Below are positions 12,050 to 24,525 of a DNA stretch of 64,000 nucleotides, in pieces. The stretch lies in assembly GCF_006345805.1 (NCBI RefSeq), contig NC_043012.1, forward strand, positions 22,754,001-22,818,000. The letters are read 5' to 3'. Both the position numbers and the translations under genes were made by a program. Every line of letters starts with the position of its first letter. Within the stretch, counting starts at the first letter, position 1. Under the pieces are notes generated by a model, which saw nothing but the letters and a program-made list of their open reading frames with translations, did no database searches and was not told the origin of the DNA. The stretch comes from Octopus sinensis (Eukaryota).

Positions 12050-12400
12050 GTCTTACAAAATTTAGAATACCTGAGTGGTACAAGAGGATGTGAATAAGAT
12101 CTATGAATGTCCATTGAGGATATTTGATGAAAATTTACTATAGCTGCTGGCCCAAGAAAATGTTAAATGAGAATATGTTTCACAAAACTGGATGCGAAAG
12201 TATAATCCATGAGAGAGTTCTGCCAGGCACTGAGTATCTACCATGAGGAAGATATAAAAAGTAGCATTATGATGGAATCCACTGGAATGGTGAAAGCCTG
12301 AACAAAGACCAAAATGGCTCTAAAATGGGGCAAAGAACTGAGAGTTGATTAAAGACTGGCATTGAATGGACTGAAATCCTCAAAATCTTATTTCCTGATT
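12050..12400 (+). mobile_element. Highly decayed RTE-like ORF2 C-terminal remnant
   Basis: Patchy frames give CWPKKMLNENMFHKTG, WNP, RPK and KTGIEWTE, resembling RTE C-terminal motifs; there are many stops. Confidence 0.3.
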
Positions 12401-13094
12401 GAGAAGAAGAATATTAAATAAACCATCGCTCTAGTTTCCGCTGTTCACTATGTACGAGATGGTTTATTGCTGGTTGGCAGATATCAACATGTATCAGTAA
12501 ATAATTTGCTTGATGAATTTATAAATAAGAGCCAAACACTTTAGTTAGATTCAGCAACCTGTGGTAGCTTTGACTGAGGAGATACAATGAAGATGAAACA
12601 CCTGGTGTCCCAAAGTACCCTTATGTTAAGGGTACTTTGGGTTCTGTTGTATTTCAATGATGAAATACAACAGTGATTAGCATATTCATATTTCGAAGCT
12701 ACTGAAACAGTCTCCTCCAAGCCACATCAGTTGGGAAACACAAGCATAAAAATAAAAGATGATGAGTAGTTTCCTTTATTACATTAATATCTATGGAGAA
12801 GGCATGATTTCCACAGCTTCTGAAGAGGTAGAATGACACCATCATAGTTGTATTGATATCACACACACTTTTATCATTTACTTGATTCAGTCATTGAACT
12901 GTGGCCATACTGGGACACCACCTTGAAAGTTTATAGATACATATATATAGATATATGTATGTATATATGTATAGATATGTGTATGTGTGTAAAAGACACA
13001 TGCTTAAGGTGCTGTACAGTGGGACTGAACTCAAAACCACATGAATGCAAAGCCAGTTTCTGTTAGGCAAGCCATACCTGTGCCTAACAGTAAT

Positions 13095-13990
13095 CATCAT
13101 CATCATCATCATCATCATTTAACGTCCGCTTTCCATGCTAGCATGGGTTGGAACTTTCAACTGGGGTCTGGGAGCCCGAAAGCTGCACCAGTCCAGTCAG
13201 ATCTGGCAGTGTTTCTACAGCTGGATGCCCTTCCTAACGCCAACCACTCCGAGAGTGTAGTGGGTGATTTTATTGCCCACCGACACAGGTGCCAGAGAGG
13301 CTGGCAAACGGCCACTCTCGGATGGTGTTTTTTTTATTTGGCCACCGACACAGGTGCCAGACGAGGCTGCAGACGGCCACGCTCGGATGGTGTTTTTTAT
13401 GTGCCACCGAAACAGGTGCCAGACGAGGCTGGCAGACGGCCACGCTCGGATGGTGTTTTTTATGTGCCACCGACACAGGTGCCAGACGAGGCTGGCAGAC
13501 GGCCACGCTCGGATGGTTTTTTATGTGCCACCCCGACCAGGTGCCAGATGAGGCTGGCAAACGGCCACGATCGGATGGTGCTTGTTACCTGCCCACAGCA
13601 CGGAGGCCATTCGATGCGGTACTGGCTACGGCCACGTTCGGATGGTTTTCTATGTGCCACGTGCCACCGGCACTGGTACCACAAGATACAAATTCCATTG
13701 ATGTTCATCTATTTTGATTTGTTTTGATTTTCACTTGCCTCAACAGGTCTTCACAAGTGTCACAAGAAGGAAGGTATGCACAGGTGGACTGACTACGTCC
13801 CAGGTAGGGGCCATGGGTTATGCCTGACTAGTCTTGCCGGTCTTTCGGATGTGTTTTTTAGTGCCACCGACACAGGTGCTAGATGAGGCTGGCGACGGCC
13901 ACGATCGGATGGTGTTTTTTCATGTGGCCCACCGCACTGACTACGGCACTGATGGATTTCTTGTGTGCCACAGGCACTGGTACCACAAGA
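13095..13990 (-). mobile_element. RTE 3' UTR fragment(s) with an expanded ~60-bp internal tandem repeat (13283-13690)
   Basis: (cat)n tail at about 13095, the standard RTE terminus, then repeated gtgccaccgacacaggtgccagacgaggctggcagacggccacgctcggatggtg units. Confidence 0.8.
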
Positions 13991-14384
13991 TACAAATTCC
14001 ATATTGTTATCATTAACAATAATATCATACAACCATTGATATTATCACATCAATATCATCAATTCCATTAATAATATTACATGGGTCATCATCACAAATA
14101 ATGGCCTTAATCACCATTAATGATACTACATTAATTGCATTATAGATTAGCATTAAATATTAGACAAAATATCAACACTTCTGCATGAGTAGATGCATGA
14201 AGCAGTGAAGGCAAATATACAAATTTACACCAGTTAAAAAATGCTTGAAAGGTATTCGAACCTGTAAAGACTTTTCACTGCAGTTTGTCCTGGACAAGGT
14301 CAACTGTGGGTGGACTAATGGATGCATTTCAAACTTGTTTGTGCTCTTCAGGACCAGATACCAAGTGAAGCAACAATTATATTT

Positions 14385-14682
14385 CATTCAAAATCAAATG
14401 GAAATTGCAGTCGTGATCCCTGTGCCGGTGGCATGTAAAAAGCACCAACTGATCATAGTCATTGCCAGCCCCACTCTAGCCCCTGTGCTGATGGCACATA
14501 AAAAGCACCCACTACACTCTTGGAGTGGTTGGCATAAGGAAGGGCATCCAGCTGTAGAAACACTGCCAGATCAGACTGGAATCCGGTGCAGCCTCCTGGC
14601 TTCCCAGACCCCACTTGAACCGTCAAAGTCATGCCAGCATGGAAACAGATGTTAAACGATGATGATGATGATGATGATGAAT
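14385..14682 (+). mobile_element. RTE 3' terminal fragment
   Basis: caaatggaaattgcagtcgtgatccctgtgccggtggcatgtaaaaagcacc...gttaaacgatgatgat. Confidence 0.8.
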
Positions 14683-15589
14683 GATCCCTGTAAGCTGATT
14701 TCTTACACAAGTTGAAGGATTACATGACATTCATGCCTTTTCACAGTATTGTTATTACAATCATTATTATTGTATTGACATCACCAGTAATAATACTATA
14801 GCAATACCACAAACAATAACATATTACAAGCAATATCAACATTATTATTATTATTATTATTATTATTATGATTATTATTATTACTATTACTATTACTATT
14901 ATATTATTATTATTATTATGATTATTACTATTATTATTACTATTACTATTATTACTATTATTATTATTATTTTATTATTATTATTATTATTACTATTACT
15001 ATTATTATTATTATTATTATTATTGAGGTGGCAAGCTGACAGAATAGTTACCACTTTGGACAAAACGCTTAGAAGCAGTTTTTTCTGTCTTTACATTTTG
15101 AGTTCAGATTCTGCCAAGGTCAACTTTGCTTTTCATCCAGCTGACATATACATATGGCAAAAAAATAGGTACCAGTTATAATACAGGGTTTGATGAACTG
15201 GACTAGCCCTTTCCCACAAACATTTCAGGCCTTTTACCTCCACTAGAAACCATTGTTACTGCTATTATTATTATTATTATTATTATTGCCATAATTACAA
15301 TCAGTGGTGATATCACATTATAACCTCTAACTCTGAACTCGGTCTTATCATCAACACTGCTACACATGAAGTTATAATGAATTTCACAAACATTATCACC
15401 GTTACTGGTTACTTAGTAGAAACTATGTAAACAGAACGGTTTGCAGAAACTAGAACAATATTTTAGAATTAATAGTAAATACACATTAATGTTTTAAGAT
15501 GACAGATGATAAGACTATTGTAATGAACACGGAAACTAAGCACCCGACTAAACAGCTAACATACACACACACACACGCACAGATGCAGA

Positions 15590-15763
15590 CACACATCTAT
15601 CTGTCTGTCTATATATCTGCCAAAGTGTCTGTCTATCCACTAAGATGTCTGTCTGTTTTTCAGTCTATCTATCTGTCTGTCTATCTATTTGCTAAAGTAC
15701 CTATCTATCTATCTATCTGCCAAAATGTCTATCTATCTGTCTGTCTGTCTATTTGCCAAAGTG

Positions 15764-15800
<37 letters not shown>

Positions 15801-15895
15801 TTATCTAACAATCTAACTATCTATCTGTCAAAATGTCTATCTATATATCTAACTATCTATCTGTCAAAATGTCTATCTATATATCTAACTATCTA

Positions 15896-15929
<34 letters not shown>

Positions 15930-15946
15930 ATCTATCTACCAAAGTG

Positions 15947-15977
<31 letters not shown>

Positions 15978-15998
15978 GTCTGTCTGCCAAAGTGTTTG

Positions 15999-16029
<31 letters not shown>

Positions 16030-16090
16030 GCCAAAGTGTCTATGTATCTATCTATATATCTATCTATCTATCTGTATGTATCTATCCATA
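15590..16090. repeat. (TCTA)n/(TCTG)n compound satellite with recurring CTGCCAAAGTGTCT
   Basis: Directly visible. Confidence 0.9.
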
Positions 16091-16944
16091 TATGATTATA
16101 TATATGTAGTATATATCATATAAGTATAAATATCTGTGTATATTTATGTGTGTGTGAATGTGTGTGTGTGCTGAGTTGTGTATTTATATATCTGTGCATG
16201 CATGTATGTACATCTATATCTATCTATCTATATATATATATATATATATATATGAAAACATGCGAGTGAGAGCTAAAGATGCTGTGTGTGTGTGTGTGTG
16301 TGTATGTATATACACAAATGTGTTTGCAGAACAGAATGACCATCAATTCAGAAAGATAGAAGAAGCACATGTGTGTGTATATGCGTGTGTTTGTCTGGTT
16401 ATAAGAATATCTGACAGAAAAAGAAATGCAAAAGAAATTATATGAAAGTGGCAATGATGATGATGATAGCGAGTGGGGGAAGGAGGAGATGAATAACTGA
16501 GAAATTGAGTCTGTGAGATTATGGGGTGAAGGAGGTAAGGGCTGGAATTTAAGAATTGGTTGGATTAAAGATGACTGACTGGAAGAATGCAAAATGCTGG
16601 CAGGAAAGGTCTGTGAGAGACTAAAATATGCACCAAGAAAGACAGTATGGTACGGAACTGAAAATTGTGGCTCTAAAATTATTTAGATGGGGTGAAGGTG
16701 GAGGAGAGAATTCTTGCCAAATCTTTGGTCAAGAAATTCATGAAGTAAAAAGCCGAAGAATTGCTGAGATCAATAGAAGGTGAAGAACCAAGTACATTCC
16801 TCTTTAAAACTGGATTGAGTAGACCTTAAGGAAGATTATACTTAAGTAGCATTTTGGGATGAAATCTTTACATCCAATATGTGTAGCCTTGGGTCTTACA
16901 ACAGCTTAGAAAGTTGTGTGTGGGTGTGTTTTTAAGTGGAAGTG

Positions 16945-16975
<31 letters not shown>

Positions 16976-17233
16976 AATGTGTGTACAAGAGAGGAAAAGA
17001 GAATGACAGACACTGAATGTAAAAGAACGGAGAGAGAGAGAGGTGTTGAAGTGTGATATTAAATTGTGTGTGAGGGAGAGAGGGGAAGAAAGAGAGAGAG
17101 ATGAATATTTTATGAAAAAGTAATTTAGAAAATGTAAGAAAGTAGAGAAAGAGATGATTTAAGGGAAAGTTTGAGAGAAGTAGTATACAGTGGCCGAAAC
17201 TTCAAGGAAAAAGAAAGATGTATAAAGTAACAC

Positions 17234-17278
<45 letters not shown>

Positions 17279-17330
17279 AAGAACAGATATAATAATGTAT
17301 AAAAGATAAGATTATCAAAGATAGAGAAAA

Positions 17331-17367
<37 letters not shown>

Positions 17368-18070
17368 TAGAGAGAGAGAGAGAGAGAGAGAGTGAGAGAG
17401 ATTGAGAGAGAAAGGATAAGGAAAACTTTGTTGAAGTCTTCAATGTAGATAAAAATTTGTTAATGAAGTATGTTTTTATGTAGTTATTTGTCCATGTAAT
17501 TCCATGTGTCCATTGTCAAGACTACATTATCCGCTAAAGTAAAACGCTGTGAAATATCAATGCCATGGATTGGCAATGACAGAAAATCTATACAAAGGTG
17601 CTAAAGATGGAAGTCTGGTGAAAAACGAAAAAAAAAAAAAAAATAACAAGTAAAAAAAAAAAAAGAAGAAGGAAACAAGTTTTACATATACTGTCTCTAA
17701 GTTAGTAAATGTTATAAGTGACTTTTAAAACCAAACAACAGTCATTCTTGCTCAAAACTGTCAAAAGGTGCCGCTTCCCCGCTGAAATATTCCAAATAAG
17801 GATATATATTATTTTGGAAATTATCTTACCACATATAAATAAATAATTAAATAAAACCAAACTAAAAGAAAAATAAGGAAGAGATGACAGCTTGGAGTTT
17901 AAATATAGCATTGGAATGGATAAATAAGTAGTTTGGTAGTTTTGTAGTGTTAAGCTCAAGCCCTCTCCATACCTGAGACCACCTGAGATCACCTCTGGTT
18001 CTAGAATACAAACTTTCTCTTTTAAACTGATCTAAATTAAAACATTCCCTGAAAATTTCATATTAATACA

Positions 18071-18284
18071 TACTCTTTACTCTTTTACTTGTTTCAGTCA
18101 CGTGACTGTGGCCATGCTGGAGCACCACCTTTAGTTGAGCAAATCGACCCCAGGACTTATTCGTTGTAAGCCTAGTACTTATTCTATCGGTCTCTTTTGC
18201 CGAACCGCTAAGTTACGGGGACGTAAACACACCAGCATTGGTTGTCAAGCGATATTGGGGGGACAAACACAGACACACAACCAT

Positions 18285-18353
<69 letters not shown>

Positions 18354-18518
18354 TACAATGGGCTTCTTTCAGTTTCCGTCTACCAAATCCACTCACAAGG
18401 CTTTGGTCGGCTCGAGGCTATAGTAGAAGACACTTGCCCAAGGTGCCATGCAGTGGGACTGAACCTGGAACCATGTGGTTCGTAAGCAAGCTACTTACCA
18501 CGCAGCCACTCTTATGCC
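18071..18518 (-). mobile_element. Young tRNA-derived SINE (~430 bp, internal (TA)n(TG)n, AGTAAAAG tail)
   Basis: Reverse complement of the family seen at 38513-38937 and 41361-41786. Confidence 0.9.
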
Positions 18519-19119
18519 ACATGTTCTCAATGCTACTTTAATCATGACAAATTTTTTTTACTAAATTCTTCATTATTTAAAAAAATAACCCAAAGTAAGA
18601 CAATATATTTCATCAGAAATATGGTAATAGAAGGAGTCAAAAGAATCACTGGGTTATAAAAAAATATATAATAATATCCAGGGTCATCTGCTACATGGAA
18701 ACTAAAGAGTAAAGTGGATGCTACAATGATTCACTCTCTACAACATCCCATAGTTATTTTTTTATTTGTTTCACTCAATGTACTATGGCCATACTGGAGT
18801 ACCATCTTGAAAGGTTTAGTTGAAAGAATTGACCCCTGTAATTATTTTAGATTTGATACTCATTCTATCAATCTCCTTTTGCCAAACTGCTAAGTTACAA
18901 GGACATAAACAAACTGACACCAGTTACTAACTGGTGGAGTTGGAGGAAGACACACATTTATGTTGGGCTTTCACAGTTTCTGCCAACCAAATTCTCTCAC
19001 AAGTTATTGGTCAATGCGGAGTTATTAGTAGAAGACCCATGCACAAGATGCCATGTAGTGGGACTGAACCCGAAGCCACATGGCTGAGAAGTAAACTTCT
19101 TAACCATTGGTTGTCATTT

Positions 19120-19460
19120 AGTGAAAGCACATGGCTAAGTGGTTAGGGGCATTTAGCTTGCAATCATAAGGTTGTGAGTTCGATTCCTGGCCAAGCATTG
19201 TGTCCTTGAGCAAGACACTTTATTTCACGTTTTGTTCCAGTTCACTCAGGTCACAAAAATGAGCTGAATCTGCAATTCAAAGAGGACAGCCTTGTCCCAT
19301 TCTGTGCCATTCTGAATCTTTCTGAGAACTACGTTAAGGGCATATGTGTGTCTGTGGAGTGCTCAGCCATTTACGTGTTAATTTCAAGAGCAGGCTTTTT
19401 GGTTGATCAGATCAACTGGAACCTTTGTGGTCACACAACTCATGGAATGCCAGTTATTGG
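19120..19460 (+). mobile_element. tRNA-headed SINE, V-domain-like
   Basis: tggctaagtggttaggg...gagttcgattcctgg...ttgtgtccttgagcaagacacttt. Confidence 0.7.
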
Positions 19461-20568
19461 TCATTTACATAATAATGGTTTCAGATTTATATGTAGGCAG
19501 CATGGGATTAACCATTAAGGAAAGTAAGCATGTGCTTAGGGCGTCATGGGTAGGTGGGGCACCACAGAAATGGTAAATGGTTTATGGCACAAAAGAAATC
19601 ACTTTAAACATGCTAAAATAATAATCAAAGTGATTTGTATGATTGGAAATATAATTTTGAAGGGCTCATTGTGTCACAGTGAGGATCTGATCAAAGACTT
19701 TGCAATTAAAAAAAGGGAGAAAAACTTTTCAAATATAAATAAAGTGGAAGGATACAAAAATAAACATTATTTTCCATTTTTCTGTTAGTTTTGTTTTGTT
19801 TTGAAAAATGAAAATTTATTTTATATTTTATTACTATTTATACTTTGAATCACATGTAAAATCATTTAAGTAGTTAGGGCCTCCATGCGTCTTAATCCGG
19901 CTTTGGACATAAGCCTAGCAATTTTTAGGGGAGGATATTTAGTTGATTGAATGAACCTGAAGTGGCTGAAAGGCAAAGCTGACGTTGGTGGCATGAAGGA
20001 ACCTGTCCTAAATGCTCCAAGACAGTTTGTCTGATGCTTTAGCATATTCTACCAATGTACTTGCCCTAGTAATTTACATAAGGATTTGTTCTCATCACTG
20101 ACATTTCAATTTTAATTTAACTAAATTTAATTAAAATTTCTTAGCTTACTACATCATGTCTGTCAATGCTCACTTTATTATTAAATTTGAATTTAGCAAA
20201 TATTGACAGTGAAGTTGGCGTGGGAGGCAGCATGTGCCATGTGTGTGTGTGTATGAGAGAGAGGATAGGAGAGAGAAAGAAACTGAAAGTGATTGAGAGA
20301 GAGAGAGAATGATGAATATTTTATAGAACTATATATATATAGAGAAATATTAAAATTTCTAAGTCTCTCTAAAGGAGATTACGGCAGTGGTACTGGATAT
20401 TAATAGTTATCGCCAAGCTAATATGGTAGTCTATAAATATAAGACTAAAGCTGCCGCTGATTAGCTCCAAGAGGCCATTGCCTCTAGCTAGCTATATGAC
20501 ACACAAACCTGCATCCATTATAACCTTCGAACAGGGGAGGTCAGCCGCTTCCCCTTGCTGGTCAGACA

Positions 20569-20611
20569 TCTGCAGACATGTTTCAGGGTAGTTGCCCTTT
20601 ATCAATGCAGA
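20569..20611 (-). ncRNA. Minimal type I hammerhead ribozyme, U3-A8 variant (identical to 20794-20836)
   Basis: Reverse complement reads TCTGCA TTGATAA AGGG CAACTA CCCT GAA AC-AT-GT C TGCAGA. Confidence 0.8.
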
Positions 20612-20793
20612 GTAGCCAGACCCAGCTTGGCGATAACTATTAATATCCAGTACCGCTGCCGTAATCTCCTTTAGAGAGACTTAGAAATTTTAATATTTCT
20701 ATTTTTGAAAACAAGTGGATGCATTCCACTGAAATTAGGTAAATAAATCCTTCGAACAGACGGTCAATAGCGACGCCTGCTAGGTCTGGCTAC

Positions 20794-20836
20794 TCTGCAT
20801 TGATAAAGGGCAACTACCCTGAAACATGTCTGCAGA
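20794..20836 (+). ncRNA. Minimal type I hammerhead ribozyme, U3-A8 variant
   Basis: Stem I TCTGCA/TGCAGA (6 bp); core TTGATAA; stem II AGGG/CCCT with a 6-nt loop; GAAA; palindromic stem III ACATGT; GUC cleavage triplet (C at 20830). Confidence 0.8.
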
Positions 20837-21084
20837 TGTCTGACCAGCAAAGGGAAGTGGCTGACCTCCCCTGTTCGAAGGTTATAATGGATGCAAGTTC
20901 GTGTGTCATATAGCTAGCTAGAGGCGATGGCCTCTTGGAGCTAATCAGCGGCAGCTTTAGTCTTATATTTATAGACTACCATATTAGCTTGGCAATAACT
21001 ATATATATATAGATCCCCATAATTTGTCCAATGTGCATTTTGTCCAATGGGCTAACAATCCTGAAAATCTACCATCCTAATAAC

Positions 21085-21305
21085 AATGGTTTCAAATTTT
21101 GGCACAAGGCCAGCAATTTCAGGGAAGAGATTAAGTCCATTACACTAACCCCAGTTTTCAACTGGTATTTATTTTATTGACCAGGAAAGGATGAAAGGCA
21201 AAGTTGACCTCAGTGGAATTTGAGCTCAGAACACAAAGACAGATGAAATGCTGCTAAGCATTTCGCCTGGTGTGTTAACAATTCTACCAGCTCACTGCAT
21301 TTGGT
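21085..21305 (-). mobile_element. SINE of the GCCTTTCATCCTTT...GTCGATAAA..AAGTACCAG family
   Basis: Reverse complement of the family at 59454-59830. Confidence 0.75.
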
Positions 21306-21349
21306 AGAAGTAATAACAACAACATTAACATCTAAGCAATACGAATGAG

Positions 21350-21790
21350 AGAAAGGCAGAAAGGAAGGAAAGAAGGAAAGAAAGAAAGAAAGGGGAAAAA
21401 GGAAAGTAAGAAGGAAAGAAAGAAAGAAAGAAAGAAAAGAAAAAAGGAAAGTAAGAAAGAAAGAAAGAAAGGAGAGAAAGGAAAGAAAGGAAGGAAAAAG
21501 GGAAAGTAAGAAGGAAAAAACAAAGCAAAAGAAAGAAAGAAAGGAAGGAAGAAATAAAGAAAGGAAAGAAAAGAAAGAAAGGAAGAAAGGAAAGAAAGTG
21601 AGGAAGGAAAAAAGGAAAGTAAGAAGAAAGAAAAAAGAAAGAAAGAAAAGAAAGAAAGGAAAGAAAAAAGAAAAGGAAAGAAAGGCGAGAAAGGAAAGAA
21701 AGAAAGTGAGGAAGGAAAAAAGGAAAGTAAGAAGGAAAGAAAGAAAAAGACAGCAAGAAACGAAGAAAAAAGAGACAAACAAACAAAAAA
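21350..21790. repeat. ~440-bp near-pure polypurine (AAAG/AAGG) tract
   Basis: Almost exclusively A/G on the + strand. Confidence 0.95.
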
Positions 21791-22299
21791 GTTTGCATCT
21801 TTGGAAAAAACTTCATTGTTGAAATATACAATTATTTGTGATTATTTTTGTTGTTCTTTTGTAAATGTGATTTGTTTTCTAAGAAAAAAATAAATGAAAA
21901 GATAAATAAAAGCAAAAATCTAAAACAGAACAACAACAAAAGACAAACTTCGAGTAAACGTGGCACATGATGATGATGATGATGATGATGATGGAAAGGA
22001 AGAGAAAGGTAGAATGGTGTTATTAATGGTAACAAGTCATATTCTTGAAGTAGTTTTGGTCAACTCCGGTTCTGTTGACTCAAGACGTAGAGACAATCAA
22101 TTGAACAACTTATCCAGATCACCAGATATATCTGTCAAGTGTTCAACTGATTAACACTACATCTTGAGATTTTACGTGTGTGCGTGTGTATGTGTGTGAG
22201 TGTGTGTGAGGGTATGTGTGTGAGTGTATGTGTGTATACAAAGGTGTATAAATGTCTATGTTAGTATGTATATTCATGTATCTGTATGTGAATATGAGA

Positions 22300-22339
<40 letters not shown>

Positions 22340-22343
<4 letters not shown>

Positions 22344-22716
22344 AAAAATTATTAATTTAATAAAATCAACACATTTCACCTAGTAGTTTTTCGGTATGGA
22401 AAGGGATCATATTCGGTAAAGACTTATACAAAAAGTTTTTTTTATATATAACTATAACAATAAGGGTTTAGCAACAAGTTGCTTGACCACATACTTAAAA
22501 TTTTAGAAATAGCAGCCAAAGGACTACTATTTCCTTTTTCTACAAAAATATGCCTCCACAGACAACAATATTTGTAATATTGTAATGTGAGTTACAAATA
22601 TTGTTGTCTGTGGGAGCATGTTTTTGTAGAAAAACGAAATAGTAGTCTTTTGGCTACTATTTCTAAAATTTTCAGTATGTGGTCAAGCAACTTGTTGCTA
22701 AACCCTTATTGTTATA
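22340..22716. mobile_element. Fold-back insertion in (TA)n, ~125-bp arms
   Basis: Arms 22453-22577 and 22592-22716 with a 14-nt loop; extension 22340-22452; (TA)n on both sides. Confidence 0.8.
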
Positions 22717-22732
22717 ATATATATATATCTAT

Positions 22733-22810
<78 letters not shown>

Positions 22811-23809
22811 TATATAGGGAGAGAGGGAGAGAGAGAGTAGTTAAAAGTTCAATAAAAGGAGTACAGGGTGGATGCTTGTTATGAGGAGTAGAAAATTTGA
22901 AGTCTCTGACAGAACTTTCTTTAAGGAAAAGTTGAAAGAAAAGAGGAGAGAAATTGATGAGTGACAATAATTTTACATCCTCTAAGCTACAATTTGCAAC
23001 TTTAGCCAGAAGAATGACTATCTGAAACACTGGGTTTTCCACACCTCCTATTGAGTTTGCTACATTACATAAGCCTTGTCAATGCAGACAAAAACCAGCC
23101 TCTTTGAAATCATTTGATCACATATGCATGCGTGTGTGTATCCTGTTTACTGTGCAAATTTACTTGTAACACCATGCTTAAATACATGCCTGACTGAACC
23201 AAAAACAATAATAAACTTCCTTTACCAAACCAGAAAAACGGTCTCCACCATCACTTCTTCTACATCCACACCCTACAAATATATACTTCCTTCCTGTTCT
23301 TCTCTATCCCCCTTTCTACACAACTGCTTCTACTTTCTGTTACAAACTTACTTCTACCACACCAGAATTTTCATATATTTGGCTCCTCCAAAGAATGATC
23401 TATCCAAACGCTATATATAAGGTATGAATACCAAACTAAACTACACACTAATAACAGCTAGTAAACTGAAATATTGAACTTACTATCAGCATTTTCTTTT
23501 TTAAAATTATTATGGTACTCACCTGAAACTATTATTTGTATAATATATATATCAAACATAACATGTATCCAATATAATTATGAATGTATATAATATAATC
23601 TTTCTTATTGAATCTCTCTCAGTGTCTCTCTCTCTATCTCTTTCTGGCTGGGTAACTATGTACCTCCTCTGCAGCAAGATACCTGTTTCTGTCTTGCTGT
23701 CTCACTCTAACTGGTCATCATCTGACACAAGACCACCTCCTTTGATGCCCCTCTCCTCTCAAAGATTCCTTGTCTTGTAAAGTTACTTGGTGATCCTGTC
23801 AGTGCTGGT

Positions 23810-24525
23810 TCCACTTAAATAGCATCCAGTCCACCACACTATAAAGTGGTTGGCATTTGGAAGGGCATCCAGTAAAAACCATGCCAAAAACTCATCTTGC
23901 CTGTGCTGGTACCATGTAAAAAGCACACAGTCTACTCTGCAGAGTGGTTGGTGTTAGGAAGTGCATCCAGCCATAAAACCCATGCCAAAACAGACACAGA
24001 AGTATGTTGCAGGCTTTTCCACCTGGTCAGCTCCTGTCAAACTGTCCAACCCATGCCAGCATGGAAGGAGGATATTAAATGATGATGATATAATATACCA
24101 AAATTACACATGCGTTATCATAATGAGAAACTTATGGTCAAGACAAGCTTACAATTTATATTAATAACATCATCATCATCGTTTAACGTCTGTTTCCCAT
24201 GCTGGTATGGGTTAGATGGTTTGACTGAGATCTGGGAAGCCAGGAGGCTGCACCAGGCTCCAGTCTGATCTAGCAGTGTTTCTACAGCTGGATGCCCTTC
24301 CTAACACCAACCACTCCGAGAGTGTAGTGGGTGCTTTTTATGTGCCACCGCCACAGAGGCCAGAGGAGGCTGGCAATGACCACAATCAGTTGGAGCTTTT
24401 TACATGCCACTGGCACAGAAGCCAATCAAGGCAGTGCTGGCATCGGCCGCATTCAGATGGTGCTTTTTATGTGCCACCGGCATGGGGATCACAACTACAA
24501 TTTCCATTTGATTTTGATTTTGATG
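23810..24525. mobile_element. Two RTE 3' terminal fragments in opposite orientation (23810-24090 +, 24168-24525 -)
   Basis: Each shows the family terminus and a (gat)/(cat) tail. Confidence 0.75.

Larger units (their letters stand above)
20340..21002. mobile_element. Retrozyme-like / Penelope pLTR-like composite: 362-bp terminally redundant monomer (+) preceded by an inverted partial copy
   Basis: Plus strand 20624-21002 reads A'-C-B'-(first 17 nt of A'), with AGCTTGGC(G/A)ATAACTAT at 20624 and 20986. Segment 20340-20622 is the reverse complement of B'-A'. (TA)n lies at both ends. Confidence 0.85.

Noticed and set aside
17702-17830. ILIWNISAGKRHLL, superficially like a WD40 strand of WDR4
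   Set aside because: It lacks the preceding GDG motif and has no fitting splice sites.
19498-19905. Possible hAT/Tip100-type MITE (…GGATTAACC / CTTAATCCGG…)
   Set aside because: The TIRs are very imperfect and I found no TSD; left out of the feature list.
23350-23408. Minus-strand segment with AG/GTAAGT splice-like ends (about 59 nt)
   Set aside because: All three frames contain stops.
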